This document shows positions 51,701-59,129 of a stretch of 64,000 bases of DNA, in pieces. Under the pieces are notes generated by a model. That model worked only from the letters and a program-made list of their open reading frames with translations. It searched no databases and was not told where the DNA came from. This stretch comes from Halocafeteria seosinensis. Taxonomy: Eukaryota. Position 1 is the stretch's first letter. Every line of letters starts with the position of its first letter. The stretch lies in NCBI GenBank assembly GCA_001687465.1, contig LVLI01000090.1, positions 1 through 64,000 on the forward strand. Reading direction: 5' to 3'. A program made the translations under genes and the position numbers.

Positions 51701-53662
51701 GATCCTCTTTATCCTATCACTGAACAACCCTGGAGCTTGAGAGGAGCTTCGATTCGAAGAATCGCTCATTGCACGTGACTTACGAGCAGATTGCTCTTCA
51801 GCCGTGTGGTCCATTTCTTCTTCTTTCGCATCTTCATCCATGTCTAGAGAAACCTCTTCATCTACTTCTTCGCTTCCTTGTTCCAGTTCATCAATTTGGC
51901 CTCCAGCTTCCCGATACGATGAATGCATGTCCATGAGCCATTGGCGAAACCCGAAAACTGTTTCCCAGATACTCCTTAGAGAGGAGCAGGGAGAACACTG
52001 GCTATAGTCGTCACCAATTTGTTTCAAAGATTTTTCGACGATGTGCCACATAGGCGTCCCTCCATCTGCACCAGCGTGGTATATACAAGCGGCAAGCATC
52101 AGTGCCTCCGCTGTTTGGTAGCGATCATGTCCGTACTTTTTCCGCGTCACCGGGTTCATCTTGTAGTGACTTGACAGCCAAGCCCTTAACTTAATACCTC
52201 GCTCCGTCGCTTGAAATCCCTCATCAGAGTGCGAGAACATGGAATCAACAAATTCAGAAAGCCTGTCTGTATCCGCTTCTTTACTCTCAGGGACCCTCAT
52301 CTCAATATCGCTATCGCTGCTCCCTATGTGCTGTTCATCATCCTCAAAGTCGCGATAAGTCTGAGCAATGTTATGGCTGGAAAGAGCAGACACCAACTCA
52401 GTAACACTAACACTATTATCTTCCCACGCATTGCGTATAGGGCGCCCTTCCACAGGCACTTCTACGAGTACACCGCCACTGAACAGGCCGGACAATAACC
52501 AGGGGCGCGAAAACTCTTCTTCATCGGACCGGGCTTTCCCTCTGGAGGCACCAGAAAGCATATATCCCAGGGAAGAAGCCGACATCCGTAAGAGTAACAG
52601 AAGCCTATCACGAGGTCCAATATACCATATACGGTCGTCATCACTTTCAGAGAACGAAGAAGCCTGAACGGACGCTCGGATTTGATCGACAACTCCCTCT
52701 TGATACTCCATTAGCTCCTCGTTCAACCTGGGAACTGCATGCAAGAGTCGACATAGTTTCTTGATAAACCGCCGAGTGAATGGTACTAGTTGAATACACA
52801 GTTCGGTATGATGTTCCATGAGAGAGACCATAGTAAACACGAAAGGCAGCAGTGAGCATAAGAAACTCTGGTGCAGTGCTCGTAGAAGAATACCTTCTAA
52901 GCGTTCGGTCTCAAAATTATCTCCAGGAGCTTGGCGGCAGGTTTCGGTTTCATACTTGCTTAAGGCTACGTCGATAAGCAGGCAAGCGCAACGAAGAAGG
53001 TATGCACAACCTGACACTAGCTGTAGCCACGCAGTGCTCCTGTGGTCCGAGGAGAGCATTGCACATTGTCCTGCCACAAACAATACTCTCATTATTCTAT
53101 GCGGGGGAGACAATGCACCGGGTTTTGATTCCAAAAGGTGCGTTTTCGACACATTGAAGAGTTCATCTATCTCTGCCCTCAAGCTCTGCACCAGCCTGTG
53201 CGAATCCCTGTCCACTGGTTTATCGATTTTAGTAACAATCATGTGTTCCACATTGCTAAACGAAGAGATATGGTATTCGGCCGTCCATAAGTAGAACAAA
53301 CGTTTTATTACTGCTCTGCAGGCTTCAAAATGAGAAGGTTCTCCCGGAAATGAGAGTGCCTGCAGCATATAATGCTGGACTAATTGGTCGAGTTTGCGAA
53401 CATTCAAGAGACCACTTTTGATTTCCGCATGCTGTAGGCTCAAGGCATGCTCCACTTGCTTTCTTTCATCGGGATCTAAATTACATGTAGAACCATGATA
53501 AACCTTGGACTTTAGCCTACGAGGAATTAATCTCTCCACCATTTGTGCATCAAGTAAGCGACTACAAATCTTCACGAGTGGGTAGGCGTCCGCCCGTTCT
53601 CTGCAGCGCGCCTCCACATCTTTCACCAATGCCACGGACGGCACACTGTAATTGATTCCCAT
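42704..53662 (-). CDS. Giant HECT E3 ubiquitin ligase (HERC-type HECT), 3652 aa, one uninterrupted ORF
   Basis: C-terminal HECT FKVSFLNEAGIDWGGIYRD...FW...AWGRSKLP...EAHTCFFQLKLPMYSS with catalytic Cys. RanBP2-type finger WLCSRCGLKN....CRACG; UBA-like CGRSIEDCYIALKKN...AALWLL; ESNHP..ISGA...WITFD CUB-like module. Confidence 0.93.
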   Translation of the reverse strand: MGINYSVPSVALVKDVEARCRERADAYPLVKICSRLLDAQMVERLIPRRLKSKVYHGSTCNLDPDERKQVEHALSLQHAEIKSGLLNVRKLDQLVQHYMLQALSFPGEPSHFEACRAVIKRLFYLWTAEYHISSFSNVEHMIVTKIDKPVDRDSHRLVQSLRAEIDELFNVSKTHLLESKPGALSPPHRIMRVLFVAGQCAMLSSDHRSTAWLQLVSGCAYLLRCACLLIDVALSKYETETCRQAPGDNFETERLEGILLRALHQSFLCSLLPFVFTMVSLMEHHTELCIQLVPFTRRFIKKLCRLLHAVPRLNEELMEYQEGVVDQIRASVQASSFSESDDDRIWYIGPRDRLLLLLRMSASSLGYMLSGASRGKARSDEEEFSRPWLLSGLFSGGVLVEVPVEGRPIRNAWEDNSVSVTELVSALSSHNIAQTYRDFEDDEQHIGSSDSDIEMRVPESKEADTDRLSEFVDSMFSHSDEGFQATERGIKLRAWLSSHYKMNPVTRKKYGHDRYQTAEALMLAACIYHAGADGGTPMWHIVEKSLKQIGDDYSQCSPCSSLRSIWETVFGFRQWLMDMHSSYREAGGQIDELEQGSEEVDEEVSLDMDEDAKEEEMDHTAEEQSARKSRAMSDSSNRSSSQAPGLFSDRIKRINPVDHPTSFESFYKKLLQRLAFLCGSKTACTDWFHDMESAHTELDHCHVFLKPATKTPSVVELKSMSRHARSLHTLRPHPFRALHPREWMYERIATAVASSSQGLYGEDFVYTPIQRRCKAIEIYSKEGWAFPVEIAGPILFAQDTRAQQRTVAIRSMEQLCSQDVPPVVLRDILLPFRSSFRGMTEHEEISRLLPLVRVIGQTEHCVAQLLDRRMAISQPSGPSTPSHSFGRKGDHETGSQSSDHEFDPIRLRQQIESSFEDDEGNAVDDADEPSGGQTSEESNASVELRLPSKASRLVAMEHHPFSELDCSSRSLKTELHSYVDGLYKELKDTFVSLQTSSRRGRLLSLQPVVLMSTLDWRVVRNKDGDIADSACDNLRALLQSCYEAWLASSCTATKSMKTTAVTWKPVTENQLWLCLSRGMVSREQALAYIWSGIKERNAKVPNILQSSLRKAAKQCMSPSKIPDDFHPSLRSPGGVAYLGNYIDSETILLCYLHMIAQCGVLSRTEAQRMFEASSAELSLMQNTNRSIVSVPSVGFLRSHSRSPYRDLTVNSIGVDSSEINASAQVITQCSGIFETDDISLFSKQLFGLYGLLSIHHLGECFAKRQLCSFLYDPLHLMLAAALKIQGDRLLSLLDTDTAFGEWNCLCFLAASGERDALIDRLHEGGLVSSVGDAKHVAWLTSTTDGAVLTRLSGKMLYFIRSLLDQPERYTNNDDFPTLKPIWSPQGLAILFALLVYGGLPQQKAVLPLLHLVLPSVTPVQAGSALQSITDDSSGSSVKRWLQNDGIDRIRATDKTSESVPLLLLSLMGRKRCFFPINSDQCSLATDLHEGGFGFGHQLSSVCSLVVGVLRTLLRLRSVNVTVQNKDGGLSVGGCQARVSSWGRNIMNVLRRLLESGKRHLNESLEASEQMSSVLGSAASALWAVGGLPELLRPGSRVVQRQDSQSVPVSPEGPAESGEEEMMDESNANQRTNEATETSARVENEDEEDVGVVVVYERGSSLALVALPCGDITASSTEEDSAQLSCGSKNFLTCLTEGTSTAAQYARLKQGIIQLSSVFLSPADCDAANLSTKVSLPSFHNEELNLACEKALKSIVEDRETMDSTGNTTVETTVLLNHQSSLDSWELVWQPLNQLQALDEVPLIDYSLNLKAKSMQNENPVPDVCIGEGFLELLSEFAAFDLPQTALHAILQHQYHTRTRHFPPLREICSEQTLYTLTWVWKMKAMATSAISSIFRQQSHHVETAIFQKVLPTLMETALRPLPLPSRGPGFLDASNLAHIVHVTWERALESHLSRNSVSVWGLSKTIRSSGLSTKDLDCSDVPESLSINVGGTRSLANALFLHRDYLTEGLDALPVYNVKDADIPAEDTDAAIPDDGNAEPGTSLKPSDAEEGDSSGWEPDESFNESMSAPPPGVDLDTWNSAYDIIEVSCGRSIEDCYIALKKNSYSKDSAALWLLSHPPSHPSVAAERERLRLVQESTSKKSTTSSSRKKVNASAVVEGVHMNEPLISQNGLVASDASIAPSKSRHTVSRQPTEQPVATGQSIVESIPGLLVASDAPLVCMSEAILLPVARPQKLRPGTLVAIMASPVIAATDSEFRARLRRGRLAGRDIDPHAKRDRGTVLKVAYPLASRFLGAGALAVGTVAPPHVSEAYRRYWDSLSAYLGTEERQYSSQELVFIQYRVDEAGFYRTVAVPYDHIRLVVGSYGEDVSVSSMTCGEALHLWGRMNVGNEDEDEEQFLRGLEETQDKGNNPAGATSKPVGTTTEQDELSSLDTDSWVSKVLSTNGNDPKKTAQALGFGQIPLLCRAYESYAVQSARHACLHVLLQWPGSVSFDAAHLGGPKSLLDFAKVIVSGADGMFSGEGARLAVITQKISENIGSVFAGAGNSVGYSLLSQQSSSTSSTLAAEGKANFMLHSAKDCIPALRRQIANLVKSENLSSSGATANLWLCSRCGLKNKGTSACRACGERHDGHGRTTEFTPVLINDAKSNMKVISVQSSEDGQSAVSESGIAIAESNHPATVNKKSFIHISGATAMWITFDANTCTDPNDPTAYLAFYLDASRTHCVAMFSGRAHSFKPFLVRTPTGKLFYTHCPGKPGVGDTHWGFRLKAHRANGMAWGGERETLRSPSLEWGTWLVEFLLSECLPQTTLSKGVIHNASLVSVMLKHICSHAAPFKQRIVALLCRVLSQPSYFSQNDHPPLHIILNEIKPVLDQKLQEAPSTGLVFLPTALLQVYELVATASAAHYMLGNKWQFFTPVTSLVPAPFRRLRESFNQEEGQECQEGVIDLSGTAGNWFPPVKSDCSAPELPELQALRALKAMVFAREILKSLAVGARIPDAWLYRAAELAHDGGPVSNSEDSCRVAPGRSPFNLTDSSLAKLQQAMVAISGLSLAYRTGMLTASTSTDESLKRPVAELKRAALWNIPIDDVQELVPGLLQHHSHRIDEELVEWASMKASTEEIRVSTLSVWKIELSEQERHTYPALNCLTVETLRLRLALIVILNKLLARCLTVVDTSGSVGEWSVGALLKQVSHLIFPETQSDVIESAIEQSSTYEESGIHISLDNTAAEKSVELGKSDINNSQCMFVQLFNKLRHCRAKTLRSRLDDKDRLFKVSFLNEAGIDWGGIYRDCIARAVHDLFTLPSPHVNLCKRARSALLAEEQGNAADDDTWVPNTSLLQGAGASTTNSKLALYMLQFVGVLMGISWRSRAWLDFMFAPCVWKLIAGDETQLDESDIEMLDPDKGALLKRLKAFLTRMQIEVIRGNSVSHSKMWEDEFAECFPDLYFVDEDSRGRPEELITNGASTRVTASTASSFCQMIAERRLGPLRKPTRAIRKGLLNIIPERAVQLCRWKDLQRMVCGPSEIDMAMLQRHTKYISPFNPNHYLIKAFWNVFGSLSMRERSMLIRYAWGRSKLPRGESNWYTADGRRTHFLLTPFLDNNQEFRGNESMVEAHTCFFQLKLPMYSSEEVLRDKLMKSVAYGLARGTFDIA

Positions 53663-54566
53663 TTCTGCTCAAGATCTGAACGTATAAACCTGTACAGATC
53701 GATAGAAAATGGAGTCAATATAATAATACGAATCCATTCTTTTCTTTCACTTACTCGTTTTGGATGCAGATACTCTTTTCCACTCTCTCCTCCTCCAGTT
53801 CTTCAGATTCGTTCAGCTCGCAGACACACCTGTTCTAACTGTATGAAGGGTGGCTACTGAATACAGAGCCCAGAAAGAGCGCTTACAGCAAGAATGTGAG
53901 GAAACAAGACCAGGCTTGAAGAATCCGCTGTCCTGCTCGGGTTTCTCTCAAGTTCTTTGCTTATATACTCAATATTCCAGCCGGGGTGGTACCTTAGAAT
54001 ACAATTGCCTAAGGTAGCGTAGTCATACGTGAATTCAGAATCCACAATATCGTCAAAATCAAGACAAAACATGCGCAAGAAATTTGAAAAAGGGATGGGG
54101 AAACTATTGTCCCAAGGTCAACAAAAGTTTGTCTTGTTGAATGCGAACATTTAGTTTAGTGGCGAAATTTTCGCGAAAAGTTGGTGTGGAAGCAGGATAC
54201 GGCCACACTGGGAAGTATCATCGAGTCAGACTATAGTGGGAACGGCGAGCGAAAACGACCAGCAGGTTAGATGAAGGCGAAGAGTAAAATCTAAAGAAGA
54301 CGACTATCTGCGGACGAAGGAACCCTAGCTGCGATAGAAAACCAGGAAAACAATAGTAGTAGTATGTATTATTTATGGCCTACCGGCTACGCGGAAATGT
54401 AGTTGGGGATCTTCACGCCGTCGAAGATCTCCCCAGGGCAGCGTGTGCGAGAAAAATTACCAGTACGCTCTCTATAGCACCCACAGCGCGAACTTAGTGA
54501 ATCAGTGGAGCTTTCTATAAGATACCCTCTCTATGACAGTTTTCTCTGTACACTGATACTATTGAA

Positions 54567-55410
54567 GTGCGGGGAGACTCTGAGACTCTGAGAGAGAGCG
54601 GTCTCGTGAACATAAGCCGTTGGAGCTTTACTGAACTGATTGCAGGTCAAAGCGGAGGAAGTATTTGTGGTTCTGATACTGGTGCCAATAGGGGAACTAA
54701 TTACATTTCACATTCCTACTCAACCGGCCACATAACACGCCCAGACTGTGGGTGCATTGCTGATTCACATGCTGGAATAAACCATGGTTACGTGGGGATT
54801 GAACAGTGCTACTCCATAGGTGGTATAACCAACAAGAATAGCGGAGGCATTTGTGGTTCGCGTAAAGAAGCCAGCCATGGAACTGTGTACATTGTGAATT
54901 GCTATACTAAGGGGGAAGTCAGGAGGCATTTAGCGCCGGGAATATGTAGTGGATGGTCAGGACAAAACCGAGGGAACTTGTTTATCACAAACACGTATGC
55001 TTCTGGCAGGAACTCCTATGATGATGCAGGCTTAATAGAACACATTCCAGGTGATGCAGGAATTGTTGAGGTCAAATATTCTGCGTACAACAAGGACACC
55101 TGAGGGACGGGACAGTTTTGTCACCAAATTCAAGCGGCAATTCCGATAGCTTGGAGGACATACGAGGCAGATTGTATGCTTACAACGGTGTCCAGCAGTG
55201 GTCCGGAGATATTTGGGCCATCGAACAGTTTCCCGTCCTGAAATTCTAGCAAACGGACGTCCTGTTTCCATTTGAGCACCCAACTGCGACATCCACGTAC
55301 ATGTATTAACTACACCGTGACACCGACAACATCCATGAACGTGACAGATCACCCTGTCTCTGTGGATCCTCACTCCACCCTCGTTCCTTCACCGACAAGG
55401 CTAAGCACAC
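54567..55410 (+). pseudogene. Truncated, frameshifted GLUG-like repeat surface protein with a Pro/Thr tail remnant
   Basis: Repeats SGGSICGS, YSTGHI, CYSIGGI..SGGICGS, NCYTKGEV..PGICSG and NTYASG. After the stop at 55103 another frame reads GNSDSLEDIRGRLYAYNGVQQWSGDIWAIEQFPVLKF*. No ATG or signal peptide. Confidence 0.55.
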
Positions 55411-55942
55411 CAAGGCAGACGAAACAGCTAATCGGCTAAGCAAACTTCGCAACCATCTACAAGGCGAGCACTGCTTGCGGTCATTGCGCGCGTCTATAAT
55501 TCTGTCTGTACTGTATACTGTACAAGTAGTGTACAATTGTACCTGAGTAGTGTACAATATCATTTTATTGAATAATAATTCATTGTGCACTGTACAAGTA
55601 ATTAGTAATTACCCTGGTAATAGTGTGCATACATATACATGTAACATCCACAGTGTAATGATTCATGGGCCATGGCCTGCCGGCTGTGAAGCTGCTGCGA
55701 TAATAACAAAAAGACTTTCTGGGGCAGCCCAAGCCGGGCCCGCGCCAGCGTATCTGGATTCTAAATTCTACCTACCTACTTGGTATGTTCCGAAGTCCAC
55801 GATCTATAAATTTTGCACCAAACCATTTTGTATAGCACCCCACATTAGGATGCTATTATACATTCAGCTACGAGGATGACGTTCTCGCTTCCGCTCTGAC
55901 GGTCCCAAGTAGGGCAAGCTCTTGTGTGGTATTTTTCCAGCA

Positions 55943-58927
55943 ATGTCTGCGGCTAGACAGAAAAATAATGGCACCATTCATCTTGTCTCTCCATTTTCTC
56001 AAGAAGGAGACGACTGCTTCGGTCTCGCTCCAGGATGTGACTTACATGTTCATGATGCCGGCTTAGGCGGTGGGTACCATAGCAACATCGTCTTTGTCAA
56101 AGCTATTAAAGATCTAGCGTGGCGTCTAGAGAACAGCGCGACAGATAAGGATGCCAAAGTGGCACAACAGCTCTCACGGAGGATTGTAGGTGTCAGGAGA
56201 TATGGGTACGAAGACAAAAAGAGCACGTATCCATCAGGTACGTCCGACTTCGTAAGTGAAGAAGCTGCGAAAATACTCGAACAAGGACGTGCTAAATGTC
56301 GATGGCAAGATATATCTGTGAGAAAATGCGGCCCCCAATCTGACTGTGTGTTCAAAAAGAACTTCCAACAGAACTTCAAACAGATTGCTAGAAGCTTGTG
56401 TAGAATTGTAAATGGGAGAGTCCATATTTCATTGCATGAGTTACTGTGCGAAAAGGTGAATCTGAAGGAGTGTCACAGACCTAAACTTGGAGAATTTCTT
56501 CGGCTAGCTCTCTCAGCAATTCAGGGTTCAGAGGATTCCCCAAGGACCAGCAGTGACGTGCCGCACCGATTTCTACCGTCAATATTTCCTCTAAGGAAAG
56601 CCAACCACTGCTTTCCCACCAAAGAAGACGATGCCATGATGCAGTACAGCGAATCACCACGGGAAGTGACCCAGCATGTCGACCGCTATGAAGAATATTT
56701 GTTGGCTGCGTGTAAAGACTACAGAGAAGAAGAGGTGAGCTACGTCGAAGTTTCCATATCTTGTAACAAACTAAGAGACGATTTCTTCTTTTGGAAGGAC
56801 GTAGGAGAAAAGGCTATAACTGAACATGGAGTCACTCTACGCTACCTGTGCTGTTTCCATTGGAACGACTCTGTTTCAGAGAATGGAGTGGATATCCGCC
56901 AAAGAATTCGTGGTGACTATAACATAAAAATCCCTACGGCAGCTAAAGCAGCATTTCAACATTTAGAGTGTATCTTCAAGAAAGCCGGTGCATCTACATT
57001 TGTTGTAGGTGTGGATGTTACGGGGGATGAGTTTTCTGGCCTAATACGCCAGCATGTCATTCTGTTTTTGCATGATAGCTTCAAGTCATTCCTAAAGCAG
57101 CAAGAGCTCGGCGTGCGGCTGCACTTCGGTGAGAGGCATTTTGAAGAATGCCGGTGCCAATGTGGTGCCAAGTCACGTTTATGTCAATGTCGAAACAGAG
57201 CTGGACGTCTTACGATTTGTCGTTGGCTGGATATATTCTGTCTCTATGAGGAAGGAATTCCGGTGCGTTTGGCACATGGGACTTGCGCTCTTTTTGTACT
57301 GTGGCGTTTGGCAGCTGAGGTTTATCCGGAGTGCCTAACAGAGAGGATGGTAAGGGCTCTACAAACTGAGGAAACAACTGTTCCGTTCCGGTGGCTCAAA
57401 AAAACACTTGTTGGAGGTGATACGTCGAAGAAGACACTGAGAAAAGTCGTCGAGGACCGTGTTTCCGAACATACATCTTTTCCGGTGCCTGAGAGGACTA
57501 AAATTGCCCTGAGTCTAAGATACATTGTCAACCGGCTTGTTGAAGCTATCTCTTCCGGGGATACCCCGTTATCAGAGAAAAATGCAATTGGATTAGACCT
57601 ATCCATCACGTCGAATATTTTACTCCGTAAACGTGGAATACGCGATATTATGACTATGCTACAAAGATGTGCTATTTCCTCTTTGACAACTGATATGCCT
57701 TCTGTCTTTGCTAGGCCGTTTCAAACAGGTGTCGTCACGGGTGAGTTGCTATGGGCTACCAGAATGCTGGCAATTCCTGGCTCAATACTTAGAGCAATGC
57801 AGCAGAATGCATTTGTCCTTTCTTTCAGGCGGAATGCGGAAGGGGCCTCCTCCCCTTCGAGACATGTTATGGATAATGGTCAATCTTGCTTAAGTCATTT
57901 AAGTCATCTGGAAAAGATAATTATTAGTTACCTACTTCAAATAGTTTTTCGGACACGAGAACGCCCGCTAATACCTGGCAAGACTTGCTCTAACGAGAAT
58001 CGGTCCAGTCGAGTAATTGGTCATGTCCTTCAACTTGGTACTTTTAGCAACGAGAAGAAGCTCATAACATTCGAACTGTTGAAGATTTCATGCAAGCAAC
58101 ATGCCAGTGGAAGTGATCTGAAGAAATGCCGGCTTGGTTTGCATGGTCCAGGAAGCATGGAGGCAAGGGAAGAAAAAGCTTTCTTACATTCTCAAGATTT
58201 ACAAGGTAGCTGTCCAAATTATTGTCAGAGAAGAAAAAGAAACGCATCATCGAGTCGTCCTTGCCGCCCTTCAGGGACAGCTAAAGGGACATTCCATCTA
58301 ATGAACGGTAACGACGGACCTGGTAATCGTAAAGATGCCTGGCCCTTTCAATCAGAACGAAGTGCCAACATGGATCGTTATCAATTGTGTGTTCATTATC
58401 ATCCAAGTGGAAATGACAGACTTTCCCGAATACATGACTGGAGATCGCACAACTGGTGTGATTTTGCTGTGCCGTTTTGTAAAATACATTATTCTTCCAG
58501 ATGTGCGTGCGTTCCGCCAGTAGTTGCTGACACTATTATAAGATGCCGAAAAGCAGTGACCGATGACACAGTGGCCGTCACCAAAGGTCATGTGAAAGAA
58601 GTGAGTGGAGCCAAACCGTACGTCGTGTTTGCTCCCATTCCTGCAAAGGACAACCGGGACTTGGTTTCGGAGGCCAACAGTATGATTTCGTTTTCCTTGG
58701 AGAACGATGAGAATGAGAACATCTGGGAAGACGAAGAAGAATTTCTTCGGATTGAGAATGACTGTGTTGAGAAATTCAACAACAAATTCGAACTAGCTAG
58801 GAAACTGGTTTATTTGGAAGTATCTACTTCGGCCTCAGTTACATCTTCAACGGCCTCTTTCGATACAGACTCCGCTACACAATCCAACACTGCCTCTAAT
58901 ACGGAATCTAATACAGCGTCCCACTAG
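55943..58927 (+). CDS. Large divergent adenosine-deaminase-fold metallohydrolase (about 994 aa) with an unassigned C-terminal region
   Basis: ADA/AMPD motifs in the correct order: DLHVH, VSYVEVS, VVGVDVTGDE, VRLHFGE, RLAHG, LDLSITSN and TTDMP. About 350 further residues have no family I recognise. First ATG at 55943; a TTTTTCCAG acceptor-like site just before it may indicate an upstream exon. Confidence 0.8.
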   Translation: MSAARQKNNGTIHLVSPFSQEGDDCFGLAPGCDLHVHDAGLGGGYHSNIVFVKAIKDLAWRLENSATDKDAKVAQQLSRRIVGVRRYGYEDKKSTYPSGTSDFVSEEAAKILEQGRAKCRWQDISVRKCGPQSDCVFKKNFQQNFKQIARSLCRIVNGRVHISLHELLCEKVNLKECHRPKLGEFLRLALSAIQGSEDSPRTSSDVPHRFLPSIFPLRKANHCFPTKEDDAMMQYSESPREVTQHVDRYEEYLLAACKDYREEEVSYVEVSISCNKLRDDFFFWKDVGEKAITEHGVTLRYLCCFHWNDSVSENGVDIRQRIRGDYNIKIPTAAKAAFQHLECIFKKAGASTFVVGVDVTGDEFSGLIRQHVILFLHDSFKSFLKQQELGVRLHFGERHFEECRCQCGAKSRLCQCRNRAGRLTICRWLDIFCLYEEGIPVRLAHGTCALFVLWRLAAEVYPECLTERMVRALQTEETTVPFRWLKKTLVGGDTSKKTLRKVVEDRVSEHTSFPVPERTKIALSLRYIVNRLVEAISSGDTPLSEKNAIGLDLSITSNILLRKRGIRDIMTMLQRCAISSLTTDMPSVFARPFQTGVVTGELLWATRMLAIPGSILRAMQQNAFVLSFRRNAEGASSPSRHVMDNGQSCLSHLSHLEKIIISYLLQIVFRTRERPLIPGKTCSNENRSSRVIGHVLQLGTFSNEKKLITFELLKISCKQHASGSDLKKCRLGLHGPGSMEAREEKAFLHSQDLQGSCPNYCQRRKRNASSSRPCRPSGTAKGTFHLMNGNDGPGNRKDAWPFQSERSANMDRYQLCVHYHPSGNDRLSRIHDWRSHNWCDFAVPFCKIHYSSRCACVPPVVADTIIRCRKAVTDDTVAVTKGHVKEVSGAKPYVVFAPIPAKDNRDLVSEANSMISFSLENDENENIWEDEEEFLRIENDCVEKFNNKFELARKLVYLEVSTSASVTSSTASFDTDSATQSNTASNTESNTASH

Positions 58928-59129
58928 TTAACTGGCGGTGTATCGTTGCACGACCCTTCCCTTCACCTCGATGACGCGTCGGTCGCGAAGGCGCGTCAAA
59001 CTCACGGAACTGTTCGGGCAGATAGCCTTGTTTGTTGGTCGCCCTAGCACCCCCTAGATCCATCCCGAAGTCTTTGTACTCTTTCTAACAACCGGCGAAC
59101 TCTTATGAGTTTGGCATCCCAACGACCGC

